A DNA stretch of 64,000 nucleotides from Prochlorococcus sp. AG-409-P03 (GCA_003215295.1 QCKN01000006.1:9159-73158); one strand, 5' to 3'; positions 30,959-41,692 are shown, counted from the first letter of the stretch. A program made the numbers and translations. Notes: generated by a model not told the origin, from the letters alone.

Positions 30959-31204
30959 TTAGAGGTCCTGTTGAGTTCCTTCTTCATTCAATTTTGTGAT
31001 TTTTGATGGCATTAACTCCATTAATCCTTTTCTAAGCAGCCCCCTAATTTTTTTGAGGGATGGTCGGATTTGAGATCTTGATATTGAATGAGACTGAGCT
31101 TTGAAATGCTTTTGCTCTAACTCATATTTTTCTTGCTGATCAGCGCTTGGGTAGCCAAACGGGAAATAAGTTGTATCCCCATTCGCTTTGGAAACGCTCT
31201 CCAC
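30959..31204 (-). CDS. Hypothetical protein (doubtful)
   Basis: 81-aa ORF with a GTG start in the psbB-psbM spacer. No motif was recognised. Confidence 0.25.
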   Translation of the reverse strand: MESVSKANGDTTYFPFGYPSADQQEKYELEQKHFKAQSHSISRSQIRPSLKKIRGLLRKGLMELMPSKITKLNEEGTQQDL

Positions 31205-31458
31205 CTAATGCTTGGACACCTAAAAAATTGTCCTGACATAGTCACAATTCGCCATCCCCTGTTTTCTTGTTTTATTGGATTGTCGTTTGATCAGAATCTT
31301 TCGAAATGATTCTCCTCATTAGGGATTCAATAGATCAAAAAACCATAATTCTGACTTTTCTACTCTTGATTAGCTGCTAAGGCCAGTGACGAGGGCCTAC
31401 ATGAATGAGTTTTATCGTCCCTGTCGGTGATACCTTCTCTGTATAGCCATTTGCGGTA

Positions 31459-31611
31459 ATGGAAACCACCAACTTCGGCTTTATAGCCAGCCTCCTATTC
31501 GTTGCTGTCCCAACAATCTTCCTGATTGGTCTTTACATTTCGACCAGTGATGGGGAGAAGTCAAGCTTCCTTTCAACTAAGGGAAAGGGCAAGATTGGAC
31601 CAAGCGTATAG
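31459..31611 (+). CDS. psbM: Photosystem II reaction-centre protein M
   Basis: Hand translation gives METTNFGFIASLLFVAVPTIFLIGLYISTSDGEKSSFLSTKGKGKIGPSV (50 aa). This is the picocyanobacterial PsbM pattern. It is below the ORF-track cut-off. Confidence 0.85.
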   Translation: METTNFGFIASLLFVAVPTIFLIGLYISTSDGEKSSFLSTKGKGKIGPSV

Positions 31612-31631
31612 ATCAGCCTAGCTATTCAAAA

Positions 31632-31781
31632 TTATTCAGAAACGCTTTCTTCTTTGATCGTGGTCATAGCATGGTCATTGGGTATGGCTACTTTTTTGCG
31701 TCTATTTAGTCGTTTAACTAGAGATTCTTGTAGTTTATTTCTTGTTTTGACGGCATGCCTCCTAAGCAGAATTTTTGGCAT
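31632..31781 (-). CDS. Possible small basic protein (doubtful)
   Basis: An internal ATG of the 84-aa track ORF gives MPKILLRRHAVKTRNKLQESLVKRLNRRKK... The longer version would overlap the thioesterase start. No family was recognised. Confidence 0.2.
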   Translation of the reverse strand: MPKILLRRHAVKTRNKLQESLVKRLNRRKKVAIPNDHAMTTIKEESVSE

Positions 31782-31802
31782 TTTTGATGCAGTTGCCTTG
31801 TA

Positions 31803-32252
31803 ATGGAAACCTTTAATAGAAGGCCTTGGCAGCTTTTTAAGCGTGTTATGCCTCAGCACACTGATCAGGCTGGGGTTATGTGGCATGGGACATACATTGC
31901 CTGGCTTGAAGAATCAAGAGTTGAGGCGTTATCTCAAGTTGGATTGCCTTATAGCGATCTTTCTCAGGACGGATATGAGATGCCTGTGACTTCTCTTGAA
32001 ATCAATTATTTCAGTCCTCTTGTGCATGGTGAAGAGGTTTTGCTTGAGAGTTGTCTATTACCAAGGAAAGGAGTCCGTTGGCCTTGGCAAGCTAGGTTTT
32101 TACGAGTTTCTGATGGCTCTTGTGTTTCTGAAGCTAGTGTGAATTTGGTTTTGGTTGCTCGTGGTGGCGACGAATTTCGAGTGGTTCGGCGAACGCCTCG
32201 ACGTATTCAGCAAGCATTGGAAAGATTGCATTTAGGACCAGTTGTTAGCTGA
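31803..32252 (+). CDS. 4HBT/YbgC-type acyl-CoA thioesterase (possibly the DHNA-CoA thioesterase of phylloquinone synthesis)
   Basis: The hot-dog-fold signature VMPQHTDQAGVMWHGTYIAWLEESRVEAL, with a size of 149 aa. Confidence 0.7.
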   Translation: METFNRRPWQLFKRVMPQHTDQAGVMWHGTYIAWLEESRVEALSQVGLPYSDLSQDGYEMPVTSLEINYFSPLVHGEEVLLESCLLPRKGVRWPWQARFLRVSDGSCVSEASVNLVLVARGGDEFRVVRRTPRRIQQALERLHLGPVVS

Positions 32253-32349
32253 TCAAAAACATTGCTTAAGTGATCAGTTAAGACAACTAAATACAACCTC
32301 TTTAGATTCTCTTGCTAGCAGCACTTTCGAATCACCTTGAACTCAGGTT

Positions 32350-33222
32350 ATGAATGATCTAAGGCTCTCTTCACAAGATTTTTTTGATTGGAGAAAAGCC
32401 CTTTTAAAAAAAGGAGGTCGAGTTGTTGATCTCGATTGGCTTTTGGATATTGGTGGCGGTATCAGCTGGTCGCAACTGCAATTGCTTTCTTTAGATGCAT
32501 TCAGCTCAATTGAGCTGAATGCATCTAAAGATCAGATAGAAGCCATATGGGAAATTCATTTGGAACATCACACGCCGCTTCAGCATCTTTTAGGGCGTTG
32601 CCCTTGGAGGGATTTTGAGTTGGAAGTAAGTTCGGATGCCCTTATTCCACGTCAAGAGTCTGAATTGTTAGTGGACTTTGCGCAGGAACTCGTTGGAGAA
32701 CAGGATGAAGGGACATGGGCTGACTTGGGAACAGGGTCAGGTGCTTTGTCAGTAGCATTAGCTAGGTCATTGCCAGGCTGGATTGGTCATGCAGTTGATT
32801 GCAGCACGAGAGCATTGAGTCTTGCTAAGAAAAATTTGCAAAGACTTGCGCCTAATGAAAATGTTCATTTACATATTGGTTCTTGGTGGCAACCCATAGA
32901 ACCGTGGTGGGGGGCAATTGATTTAGTTTTAGCTAATCCTCCCTACATCCCAGATGATTTGGTAAAAGATTTAGATCCCGTTGTTCGCGATCATGAGCCT
33001 CATTTGGCACTTTGCGGTGGGTCTGATGGTTTAAGTAGTTCTAAGTTAGTAATCTCTGGAGCTATGGAGGGGTTAGCAGTAGGAGGATGGTTGATTTTGG
33101 AGCATCATTTCGATCAAAGTGAATCTGTTATGGAAATAATGCATCAAAACGGATTAGAAGAGGTCACTTACAAGAATGACTTGCAGGGAATTAGCCGCTT
33201 CGCAATTGCACGTCGTCCTTGA
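32350..33222 (+). CDS. prmC: Release-factor glutamine N5-methyltransferase
   Basis: DLGTGSGAL is the SAM-binding motif and LANPPYIP is the NPPY catalytic motif. The size and layout are those of HemK/PrmC. Confidence 0.85.
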   Translation: MNDLRLSSQDFFDWRKALLKKGGRVVDLDWLLDIGGGISWSQLQLLSLDAFSSIELNASKDQIEAIWEIHLEHHTPLQHLLGRCPWRDFELEVSSDALIPRQESELLVDFAQELVGEQDEGTWADLGTGSGALSVALARSLPGWIGHAVDCSTRALSLAKKNLQRLAPNENVHLHIGSWWQPIEPWWGAIDLVLANPPYIPDDLVKDLDPVVRDHEPHLALCGGSDGLSSSKLVISGAMEGLAVGGWLILEHHFDQSESVMEIMHQNGLEEVTYKNDLQGISRFAIARRP

Positions 33223-33234
33223 TAAAGAGTACAG

Positions 33235-33840
33235 ATGACACTTTCTTGGGAAGCATCATTACTTGATCAAAATCACTTAATAAAAACTCTGCTTTCTGGC
33301 TCAGCAGCTTTGTTCCCTACTGATACTGTGCCTGCAATAGCTGCATGCCCAAAGTATGCAAAACAGTTGTGGACCATTAAGAAGAGACCATTAGAGAAGC
33401 CTCTAATACTTATGGGCTCGGACTCTGATGAACTTTTTAAGAATATTTTACCGTTAGCACTCAAAGATGCCAAGGAAATAGCAGAACGATATTGGCCAGG
33501 AGCTTTGACTATGGTTTTGCCATATTCGGGCAAATTAGTTCATACCTTGAACCCAGGATCTTCTAGCCTCGGGATAAGAGTTCCTGGTTGCCAAATTGCA
33601 AGGAATCTCATTTCCAGGACAGGGCCACTGGCTACTACTAGTGCAAATATTGCAGGGTTACCTCCCGCGCTTAGTGCACAGCAAGCGGCAAATTCTTTCC
33701 CAGGGGTTCCTTTGTTAGGCCCTGAACCTTGGCCTTCTCCTTCAGGTCTAGCAAGTACTGTTATTAAGTGGGAAGATCCTGGAGAGTGGAAAGTGTTACG
33801 AGTAGGTGCTGTGATGCCAGAAGGGATAGATAAAAAATGA
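33235..33840 (+). CDS. tsaC: L-threonylcarbamoyladenylate synthase (YrdC/Sua5/TsaC family)
   Basis: LFPTDTVPAIAA, KKRPLEKPLILM, LGIRVP and LATTSANIAGLPP are YrdC-domain motifs. Confidence 0.8.
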   Translation: MTLSWEASLLDQNHLIKTLLSGSAALFPTDTVPAIAACPKYAKQLWTIKKRPLEKPLILMGSDSDELFKNILPLALKDAKEIAERYWPGALTMVLPYSGKLVHTLNPGSSSLGIRVPGCQIARNLISRTGPLATTSANIAGLPPALSAQQAANSFPGVPLLGPEPWPSPSGLASTVIKWEDPGEWKVLRVGAVMPEGIDKK

Positions 33841-33998
33841 CTTGGCTTTTCCTGTTGCTAATAGCTCTGCAATTGTCCTTTTTTTGGTTTCTGAAACCTG
33901 CAATTGTTTCTATAACCCCAATCTTGGAATTTCGAAGCTTGTGGTTACTTGGTTTGCTAGTTGTGATCTGGTTGTTTTCTGGCCGAGGTAATGAATAG
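33837..33998 (+). CDS. Possible 53-aa two-helix membrane peptide
   Basis: Hand translation gives MTWLFLLLIALQLSFFWFLKPAIVSITPILEFRSLWLLGLLVVIWLFSGRGNE. Its ATG overlaps the tsaC stop as ATGA. It is below the ORF-track cut-off. Confidence 0.3.
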   Translation: MTWLFLLLIALQLSFFWFLKPAIVSITPILEFRSLWLLGLLVVIWLFSGRGNE

Positions 33999-34069
33999 TC
34001 CTTCTATGGATGGATTTACCATGAGTAAAAGAGATTAAATACTTATTCTTTAAGGATTTTACTTGCTTA

Positions 34070-34141
34070 AGCCGGCTAACGGATTTGAACCGATGGCCTT
34101 CGCTTTACAAAAGCGCTGCTCTACCACTGAGCTAAGCCGGC
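34070..34141 (-). tRNA. trnT: tRNA-Thr (anticodon UGU)
   Basis: The reverse complement is GCCGGCTTAGCTCAGTGGTAGAGCAGCGCTTTTGTAAAGCGAAGGCCATCGGTTCAAATCCGTTAGCCGGCT. It has a 7-bp acceptor stem, the anticodon loop TTTGTAA and the T-loop GGTTCAAATCC. Confidence 0.85.
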
Positions 34142-34392
34142 AGTTTGTCGATTACAACTTTATTATTATAAGGAGTGATTCTCCTTTTGTGGTTAGAAAT
34201 GATCTTTTCTTAAATACGTTTGGAAATGTCTTTAATCTCTAACTTGAGTTAACTATTGCATGAATAATTCTATTAAGTGGAAAAGATCTGAGTAGGGAAA
34301 TTGTTGTTTTCTGACTGCCTTTTGGGATATTAATTCCCTTTCTTGAGAGATGGGTGCTTTAGGGAAAGAATCATATTCTCTTGGAAAATTAC

Positions 34393-34698
34393 TCAATCTG
34401 AGGATTCTTTCACAGGTTCTTTTACTTGGATGGCTCCTGATAGGGATCTCTTGATAGGTAAATTTGCTACTAGGGCAGTCATTCTGTCTTCGGTTTCTAA
34501 GCTCACAGCACCTTCCTCAAGGTCGATCTCAACGTATTTGGCAACGACCTCTAAAATCTCTTTTCTCATCTGATCAAGCAGCTCTGGACTTAGGTCTGAA
34601 CGGTCATGGGCTAGAACAAGTTGAAGTCGTTCTCGTGCAGTGCTGGCGCTGGATTCTTGGCGACCAAGCAATTTGTTGATGATGTCACGTAGTGTCAT
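34393..34698 (-). CDS. minE: Cell-division topological specificity factor MinE
   Basis: [39 protein letters not shown] is the MinE signature. It lies downstream of minD. Confidence 0.92.
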   Translation of the reverse strand: MTLRDIINKLLGRQESSASTARERLQLVLAHDRSDLSPELLDQMRKEILEVVAKYVEIDLEEGAVSLETEDRMTALVANLPIKRSLSGAIQVKEPVKESSD

Positions 34699-34702
34699 GA
34701 GT

Positions 34703-35518
34703 TTAGAAAATCTTGGTTTGCATCAGCCTTCTGAACTTGTCCCTTATCCCTGAGCCTTCTTTGGAAGGGTCAATCAGGGGAATTTCTTCCCCTTGCATTC
34801 TTTTGGCGATATTTGAATAACATCTGGCAGCAGGAGACTTGCTCCCAGTAAGAGTCAAGGGCTCGCCTCTGTTTGTGCTCACAATCACTTGTTCATCTTC
34901 AAGAACAATTCCAAGTAAAGGCAGAGCAAGAATATCTGTCACGTCTTCTATCGAAAGCATTTCTTGACTTGCCATCATTCTTGGCCTGACCCTGTTGAGG
35001 ACAAGCTGGATTGGTTTGATTCCGTGGGTGTTTAAAAGACCTATCACTCGGTCGGCATCTCTAACCGCTGATACTTCAGGGTTTGTTACGACAATTGCTT
35101 CTTTGCTTGCGGAAACAGCATTTTTGAATCCATCTTCCACTCCTGCAGGACAATCGATTAAGACATAATCAAACTTGTCAGTGAGCATTGAGACTATTCG
35201 CTGCATGTCATCTGGCTTTAACCAATCAAGCATGCGTGGGTTCCCAGCTGGTAAAAGTGAAAGATTTGGCTCCTGTTTATGTTTCACGAGAGCTTGATCC
35301 AATCGGCAGCTCTCTTCCAGGACTTCTTGTGCGGTATAGACAATTCGATTTTCTAGTCCAAGCAGAAGATCAAGATTGCGGAGACCAAAATCCGCATCTA
35401 ATACTGCTGTCCTAACCCCTTGCCTGGCAAGGGAAATACCTAAATTGGCGGTTAGGGTTGTCTTGCCAACACCTCCTTTGCCTGAGCAAATAAGGATTAT
35501 GCGTGTCTTTGTCTCCAC
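34703..35518 (-). CDS. minD: Septum-site-determining ATPase MinD
   Basis: [10 protein letters not shown] is the deviant Walker A, and the C-terminus is an amphipathic helix. The protein is 271 aa. Confidence 0.95.
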   Translation of the reverse strand: METKTRIILICSGKGGVGKTTLTANLGISLARQGVRTAVLDADFGLRNLDLLLGLENRIVYTAQEVLEESCRLDQALVKHKQEPNLSLLPAGNPRMLDWLKPDDMQRIVSMLTDKFDYVLIDCPAGVEDGFKNAVSASKEAIVVTNPEVSAVRDADRVIGLLNTHGIKPIQLVLNRVRPRMMASQEMLSIEDVTDILALPLLGIVLEDEQVIVSTNRGEPLTLTGSKSPAARCYSNIAKRMQGEEIPLIDPSKEGSGIRDKFRRLMQTKIF

Positions 35519-35662
35519 GGACCTCTTAAAAGTGGCCGCAGTTTAGGTGGCCTTTGGCATCCTTTAAAAAGAAAAGGGTGAAGGTTTGCATTTGAAGGTC
35601 TTCTGTTTTTTGAAAAGGCGAAGTTTGAAGACAGTTTTGGGTTGCGCTCGTGAGTATTGAAC

Positions 35663-36337
35663 TTAAGCAGTTCTTAGTGAATTGATTCTTGCGGGTTTGA
35701 TAATTATTTGCCCTGATTCAAGAAGAGCTTCCTCCGCTAAACCTTCTTCAGGCTTTTCTTGTGGGCCACGTGCAACTTTATTTGCAATTCTCAATTGCAG
35801 AGGCCTTAGTTGAAGTGCAACTATTTTTGAATTTATGTCCCCTCTTTTCCCGGCATGGGCAATACCAAGTAATCGTCCCCAAATCAACACATCTCCTCCT
35901 GCGGAGACCTTTGCGCCTGGATTGACATCGCCAAATAACAAGATATCTCCATCAGCTTCGAGATGTTCTCCTGAGCGAAGAGTCCCTTGATGGAAAGTTA
36001 AAGGCTCAGATTCTTTCTTCTTGGCAATATCTTCAGTGATTGATGAAGTTGAACACTGAGGCTGTTTAATGTTTAAAGACGCTTGGAGGCCTAATGAAGA
36101 TGCACTGACTATTGTTTCCGGGATATCTGCTCTAATTAAATTAATCTTTAAGTGGAACTTTTCCAGAAGGGTTAGTATATTCATAAAGTCCTTGTAGCTT
36201 AAAGACCAGTCACGACAATCAAGTTCTAATAAGCCTGGTTCGCACTCATTGATTTGTCTTTTCAATGATTCTCGCCAATCAGAATGGCGCGAAACAGGAA
36301 GTATTATTGTCTGAAGACAAGAGTCCTTTCGCTGCAT
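35663..36337 (-). CDS. minC: Septum-site-determining protein MinC
   Basis: The C-terminal beta-helix region GDVNPGAKVSAGGDVLIWGRLLGIAHAG, with a position upstream of minDE. Confidence 0.85.
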   Translation of the reverse strand: MQRKDSCLQTIILPVSRHSDWRESLKRQINECEPGLLELDCRDWSLSYKDFMNILTLLEKFHLKINLIRADIPETIVSASSLGLQASLNIKQPQCSTSSITEDIAKKKESEPLTFHQGTLRSGEHLEADGDILLFGDVNPGAKVSAGGDVLIWGRLLGIAHAGKRGDINSKIVALQLRPLQLRIANKVARGPQEKPEEGLAEEALLESGQIIIKPARINSLRTA

Positions 36338-36357
36338 ATCTTTTGCTTTTTATGGAA

Positions 36358-37623
36358 TTAAAAAATCTTAGAACCTAGGTCTAAAAGATTTAGCTCCTCT
36401 TTAAGCTTTTTGTGGATTTCTTTTGGGTAAATCAACCAAGAGGAACCCACGGGACTGATTAAGCCTTTGACTAATTCCGATACTTGCTCTAGCGAATTAA
36501 GGTTTTCTCCATCCCAAATACGGAGGCCTCCTTTGTAGGGTTCATAGCTACGGAGGTTTTTGTGTCGTAGCCCACAAAAAATATCTGGATTCAGTCCTTG
36601 TCTTTCGGCTAGTTGTCTCGCAACTGAAAGAGCCGTTAATTGATCCTCATTGCTTAGTTTCTCAAGGCCTAAAGCTTTTAAAAGCCGTCTGTTCAGAAAA
36701 CGCTTGCAAAGTTCACTTAACTGGGGCGGAGCTTCTTCTTGCCAGCGCAGAAGGTGATAACCAGTACGCACATCGTCATTTGCCAAAAAAGTTTCGATGT
36801 CAATGTCGTTTGTATTCCAAAGCCATTTGGCCATATAGGCATCAGCCCAGATTTCTTGGGGGCTTAGCTCTCTTGCGGATTTGATTAGTTGTTCCAGAAG
36901 CCAGCTGCAAACCTCATTTAGCCTGTGGTTGTATACGCTGCGATACATCAAGTTGCGAATAACCAGATAGTGCTCAACTGCCATTAAGCCTTTTGGATGA
37001 ATTGCAAGTTCTCTATCTGGTGCAATTGTTAATGCAGCAAGGATTCTCTCTACGTCAAGTTGGCCATAGCGTGTTCCCGTACTGTGGCTATCCCTTAACA
37101 AATAGTCCATTCGGTCGCAGTCAAGTTGGCTACTAACTAGTGCTTTTATGACTCTGCTAGTTGCGATGCCTTCTGTAAGTAAATCGGCGACTGCATTGCT
37201 AGTTCCTTTGGCAAAGTTCTCAAGGGGTTGACTGATTTCCTCATGATTGAGAACTAAACGGCCTGACCATTGTTCATGTTGTATTCCAAAAACTTCTTCA
37301 CTCGTATGGCTTAAGGGCCCATGCCCAAGATCATGAAGTAGCGCGGCCCCATAAAGCAGACCTCTGAATTCTTCAAGGTCAGAATCCAATTTCAATAAGC
37401 TCTCAAATGCTCTTCGTGCTAGATGGAAAACCCCTAATGAATGTGTAAACCTGCTTGATTCCGCCCCATGGAAGGTCAAGAAGGCAGGCCCCAGCTGTCG
37501 AATGCGCCTTAGTCTCTGAAAAGGATATGAATCAATTAAATCCATCACCATTGCTTCACCTGGCTTGCTGCTATCTAGGCAGATGCCGAGATGAAGTGGA
37601 TCGTGATATACCCTTCTAGTCAT
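36358..37623 (-). CDS. HD-domain metal-dependent phosphohydrolase (dNTP triphosphohydrolase-like)
   Basis: TRFTHSLGV...AALLHDLGHGPLSH is the HD motif, followed by DCDRMDYLLRDS. Confidence 0.8.
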   Translation of the reverse strand: MTRRVYHDPLHLGICLDSSKPGEAMVMDLIDSYPFQRLRRIRQLGPAFLTFHGAESSRFTHSLGVFHLARRAFESLLKLDSDLEEFRGLLYGAALLHDLGHGPLSHTSEEVFGIQHEQWSGRLVLNHEEISQPLENFAKGTSNAVADLLTEGIATSRVIKALVSSQLDCDRMDYLLRDSHSTGTRYGQLDVERILAALTIAPDRELAIHPKGLMAVEHYLVIRNLMYRSVYNHRLNEVCSWLLEQLIKSARELSPQEIWADAYMAKWLWNTNDIDIETFLANDDVRTGYHLLRWQEEAPPQLSELCKRFLNRRLLKALGLEKLSNEDQLTALSVARQLAERQGLNPDIFCGLRHKNLRSYEPYKGGLRIWDGENLNSLEQVSELVKGLISPVGSSWLIYPKEIHKKLKEELNLLDLGSKIF

Positions 37624-38956
37624 TGATTATTTGACTGGATTTCCCTGAATTAATTGCTGGATCAGATGTGCTGTCATGAAGCATTGATTGCTCTAGGTTA
37701 TTGCGATCAAGATTTGCCCCCATCAAGATTTCTGCATCATGAAGCCAGCGATCTTCGCTACTTCCTGGATTAAGTGGCTCTGGTAGCTCTAAGACCCGAT
37801 CAGGCTCTATGCCTTGATTTTGAATATCTCTTCCATTAGGAGTTAAATAACTTGCAACTGTTACAGCAAGACCACTCCCGTCGCTGAGGTTGGTTAAAGA
37901 TTGGATTAATCCTTTCCCGAAAGTACGGCTGCCAAGAAGTTGTGAGCGATCATTGTCTTGCAGCGCGCCAGCGAGAATTTCGCTAGCACTTGCGGTTCCT
38001 CCATTTACGAGAGTGACCATGGGTCCTTTATAGAGGCGTCCTGTTCCAGCAGGTATAGCGTCATTAATTCCTTCTTTGTTTCTTGTTTCTACTATTGCTT
38101 GATTGCTTAGGAAGGCATCTGCAACTGCAAGGCCAGAGCTGACTAATCCTCCAGAATTATTTCTTAAATCCAATATCAATCCCTCTACTTCTTTTTGTGA
38201 CAGTTCTTGGAGGGCTTCTTTGACTTGCTCGGGAACTCCTTCGCTGAATTGAGTTATGCGCAGGTAACCAATTGTGTGTGATTCATTCCTAAGCCGGCGA
38301 GTGCGCACGGGACGTAAGTCCACGCTTCGACGTTCCAGGGTTATTTCTTCTGGTTCTCTATTTGGTGCTTGAAGCTCTACTACCACTGATGACCCCACTT
38401 CTCCTCTCAGCCTTGCTGCAGTGGCCTCTAGTCCGAGGCTTTTAGGAGACTCACCATTGACAGTGATTAATACTGTCCCACTCACTACTCCGGCATCTGC
38501 CGCTGGCGAGCCTTCAAGGGGGGCAATTACAACAATCTCTCCATCTTGATTCCTAGCTCCGAGTTGAAGGCCTACGCCATTAATTTCACTCCCAAGATTG
38601 CTTTTTTTTAAAGCTTCATAGTCCTGTGGCCTGAGAAGTCTTGTGTATGGATCTTCCAAAGGAAGGAGCATCTCCTCTATGGCTGAATAAGCTTCGTTAC
38701 TTGTTGAAATAGGTTTCTCGAGTGCTTTTTGACGTAAGCGTTTCCATTGGATTCGGTCAAATTTAGTTGGATCTAGATAGCCAGCATTAACCAGTTCCCA
38801 GCTCTCTAAAACCAGTTGCTGCCCGTCGTTTAGGGCAATTACAGGTTGGACAACTAGTAGGCAGCAGAGCGAAACACTAAGCAGTGCACAGAGAATGCTC
38901 TGCAAAGTTTTAAGCCAGTATTTAACAGATGGAGGCATTGGATTAACCCCTGACAC
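37616..38956 (-). CDS. ctpA: Carboxyl-terminal processing protease (S41 family)
   Basis: N-terminal signal/TM segment, a PDZ region, GTASASEILAGAL with the catalytic Ser, and TFGKGLIQ with the catalytic Lys. The start may instead be the ATG at 38938. Confidence 0.88.
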   Translation of the reverse strand: MSGVNPMPPSVKYWLKTLQSILCALLSVSLCCLLVVQPVIALNDGQQLVLESWELVNAGYLDPTKFDRIQWKRLRQKALEKPISTSNEAYSAIEEMLLPLEDPYTRLLRPQDYEALKKSNLGSEINGVGLQLGARNQDGEIVVIAPLEGSPAADAGVVSGTVLITVNGESPKSLGLEATAARLRGEVGSSVVVELQAPNREPEEITLERRSVDLRPVRTRRLRNESHTIGYLRITQFSEGVPEQVKEALQELSQKEVEGLILDLRNNSGGLVSSGLAVADAFLSNQAIVETRNKEGINDAIPAGTGRLYKGPMVTLVNGGTASASEILAGALQDNDRSQLLGSRTFGKGLIQSLTNLSDGSGLAVTVASYLTPNGRDIQNQGIEPDRVLELPEPLNPGSSEDRWLHDAEILMGANLDRNNLEQSMLHDSTSDPAINSGKSSQIIND

Positions 38957-39007
38957 GATCCGTGGAGCACATTCAGTAGAATCTCCGTATCAAAGCTCAC
39001 CTAGTGC

Positions 39008-39664
39008 ATGGCGAACTCCTCACCTGTCTACGACTGGTTCCAGGAACGTCTTGAAATTCAGGACATAGCAGACGACGTCACTTCAAAATACGTCCCCCCT
39101 CACGTAAATATCTTTTATTGCTTAGGGGGAATCACACTCGTTTGCTTTTTAATTCAGTTCGCGACTGGCTTCGCGATGACTTTTTATTACAAACCAACTG
39201 TTACGGAAGCCTATAACTCTGTCAGTTATCTCATGACTGATGTGAGTTTTGGATGGTTGATTCGTTCAGTTCATAGATGGAGTGCCTCGATGATGGTACT
39301 CATGCTCATTCTTCATGTGTTTCGCGTTTATTTAACTGGAGGCTTCAAGAGGCCTAGAGAGCTGACATGGGTAACTGGTGTGACCATGGCTGTTATTACA
39401 GTGGCTTTTGGGGTTACTGGGTATTCATTGCCTTGGGATCAAGTGGGTTATTGGGCGGTCAAAATTGTCTCAGGTGTCCCAGCTGCAATACCTGTCGTGG
39501 GAGATTTCATGGTTGAGTTGCTTCGTGGAGGAGAAAGTGTTGGTCAGTCAACCCTCACCCGCTTCTATAGTCTTCACACTTTTGTCCTGCCATGGACTCT
39601 GGCTGTATTCATGCTCATGCACTTCCTCATGATTCGGAAGCAGGGCATTTCAGGTCCATTGTGA
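39008..39664 (+). CDS. petB: Cytochrome b6
   Basis: [44 protein letters not shown]... is canonical PetB. Confidence 0.98.
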   Translation: MANSSPVYDWFQERLEIQDIADDVTSKYVPPHVNIFYCLGGITLVCFLIQFATGFAMTFYYKPTVTEAYNSVSYLMTDVSFGWLIRSVHRWSASMMVLMLILHVFRVYLTGGFKRPRELTWVTGVTMAVITVAFGVTGYSLPWDQVGYWAVKIVSGVPAAIPVVGDFMVELLRGGESVGQSTLTRFYSLHTFVLPWTLAVFMLMHFLMIRKQGISGPL

Positions 39665-39758
39665 TTAGATGGCTTGGTTCAATTCGATTTCCCATTTCAA
39701 GAGGATAATCAGTTAAACCAATCGATAACCTTCCCCAAATATTTTATTGAACACAATT

Positions 39759-40241
39759 ATGACCATTCTCAAGAAGCCTGACTTATCTGACCCAAAACTA
39801 AGGGCCAAGCTTGCTAAAGGAATGGGACATAATTATTACGGTGAGCCTGCTTGGCCTAATGACCTTCTTTATATATTCCCTGTAGTTATTCTTGGAACTA
39901 TTGCCTGTGTTGTGGGTTTAGCAGTATTAGATCCAGCAATTCTTGGTGACAAGGCTAATCCATTTGCTACTCCTTTAGAGATTCTTCCTGAGTGGTACTT
40001 GTACCCGGTTTTTCAAATTTTGAGAGTTGTACCTAACAAACTTTTGGGCATAGCCCTGCAAACTTTAATTCCTCTTGGATTAATGCTTATCCCATTTATT
40101 GAGAACGTCAATAAGTTTGCAAACCCATTTAGGAGACCTGTAGCAATGGGCTTTTTCCTCTTTGGTACTGTTATAACGATTTACTTAGGCATAGGTGCGT
40201 GTTTGCCTATTGATAAGTCCTTGACTCTTGGCCTTTTTTAA
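39759..40241 (+). CDS. petD: Cytochrome b6-f complex subunit IV
   Basis: [38 protein letters not shown]... is canonical PetD. ATG at 39759 is preferred over the TTG at 39747. Confidence 0.96.
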   Translation: MTILKKPDLSDPKLRAKLAKGMGHNYYGEPAWPNDLLYIFPVVILGTIACVVGLAVLDPAILGDKANPFATPLEILPEWYLYPVFQILRVVPNKLLGIALQTLIPLGLMLIPFIENVNKFANPFRRPVAMGFFLFGTVITIYLGIGACLPIDKSLTLGLF

Positions 40242-41692
40242 GTTAATAGCTCATCTAAATCGAGCATCATTACATCATCTGGGCAGACTCTTAAGAGGTG
40301 ATGGAGTAAGAGAAATCCAACAATGGTCCAAGTTTGATAAGTTCTTGATTGCTGGCCTACCCAAGTTCCAGTTGGCCCATCAAAGTATTCGGCCCATTTT
40401 TGACGTGGCAGTTGGTTGAGCTGGCTCCAATAACATTCTTCCAGTAGGGCACGCATTTGTCCCATAAGAAGCACATCAGCTTGGGGGTAGCGTTTTTCAT
40501 GCAAAAGAATTGATGCACCAAAAAACCAAAGGAGACTTGGCCAATGTCCACCATTGTGATAGCTCCAGGGCCAATTTTTTGGATCTGAGCCAGTTTTGTT
40601 TTGCCACTCGGCTCCATCCATTGGAGGGTGACAAATCCTCATTGGCATTTGAGCCATCAAGTGGTGCCTATTGTGAAGCACTAATCGAAACAAGGCTCTT
40701 TGCTGAGGAGCAGTTAAAACTCCAAACATGCATGCCAGGGAATTTCCAAGGCTGTAAAAACGAAAATCTGGTCTGCCGGTTCGTATATTTCCAATTAAAT
40801 AACCGCCACGATTTTCTAGCCAGTCTTGTAACCACGAAGGAACTACCTGTGGCTGAACATTAAATTCGTTTTGGTGTTGGTCTTCTCCATATTGTTCTGT
40901 TGGCCTTCTTCTTAAAACTTGCATGGTCTTACTGGTTACCCAGTAATGCTTTAGAAGGAATTGACGTAGATCATGAACCCATTGTCTTGTAAGTACTAGG
41001 CGTTGATCCAATAGTCGACTTACCTGGTGTTTTCTACTTTGTTCCATAAGCTCTATGCAGCTTCGTAGGCATGCATAGAGAAGTACTTCTACTTCTAAAG
41101 GAGCGCCCCATACATCCATTGGACGATCAATCATGAAGGCGCAGTCTGGAACGAATAAGACAGGAGTTCCTTCAAATGTTGGATGAAGAACAAGGTCTAG
41201 GAGTAATTGCACCCCTCGTTGAACTCTTTGGCTTGTACCAAAGTCGCTATCTCCACTTCTTCGGACATAAAGCCAGCAGAGAATTGGCCACCAAAGGCTT
41301 GCATCCGCTGAGGTTATTCGGCCAATCGACCTTTGCCCATAATCTGCAATTAGCTCTCCCTCCTCTTCTACAAAACTTGTGGGGAAGACACCTCTTGTTT
41401 GATATGTCGTGCTTTGCAGATCAAGGCAAACACCTAAAAATTTTCGAACTACGTCATAACGTTTTTGGGTTAGGAGGTAGATCATTACTGGAACATTGTC
41501 TCGTAAGAAGATCTCTCCATAGTTCAGGGCTTCGTTGTTTGCGGGATGCTCCAGAGCGGCAACACTTCCTGCAACACTCCCTGAAATTTCAATCAGAGTG
41601 CGTTCGAAATGCTCTTTGGCTCTTGAGATGACTTGATCTTCGTTGGAGTTCGGGCGCACTCGTTGGTGCTCTTGACTAAAGCGTCCTGCCAT
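40238..41692 (-). CDS. Alkaline/neutral invertase (GH100)
   Basis: [18 protein letters not shown], the (alpha/alpha)6-barrel-type pattern and SYHNGGHWP resemble cyanobacterial/plant A/N invertases. Confidence 0.8.
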   Translation of the reverse strand: MAGRFSQEHQRVRPNSNEDQVISRAKEHFERTLIEISGSVAGSVAALEHPANNEALNYGEIFLRDNVPVMIYLLTQKRYDVVRKFLGVCLDLQSTTYQTRGVFPTSFVEEEGELIADYGQRSIGRITSADASLWWPILCWLYVRRSGDSDFGTSQRVQRGVQLLLDLVLHPTFEGTPVLFVPDCAFMIDRPMDVWGAPLEVEVLLYACLRSCIELMEQSRKHQVSRLLDQRLVLTRQWVHDLRQFLLKHYWVTSKTMQVLRRRPTEQYGEDQHQNEFNVQPQVVPSWLQDWLENRGGYLIGNIRTGRPDFRFYSLGNSLACMFGVLTAPQQRALFRLVLHNRHHLMAQMPMRICHPPMDGAEWQNKTGSDPKNWPWSYHNGGHWPSLLWFFGASILLHEKRYPQADVLLMGQMRALLEECYWSQLNQLPRQKWAEYFDGPTGTWVGQQSRTYQTWTIVGFLLLHHLLRVCPDDVMMLDLDELLT

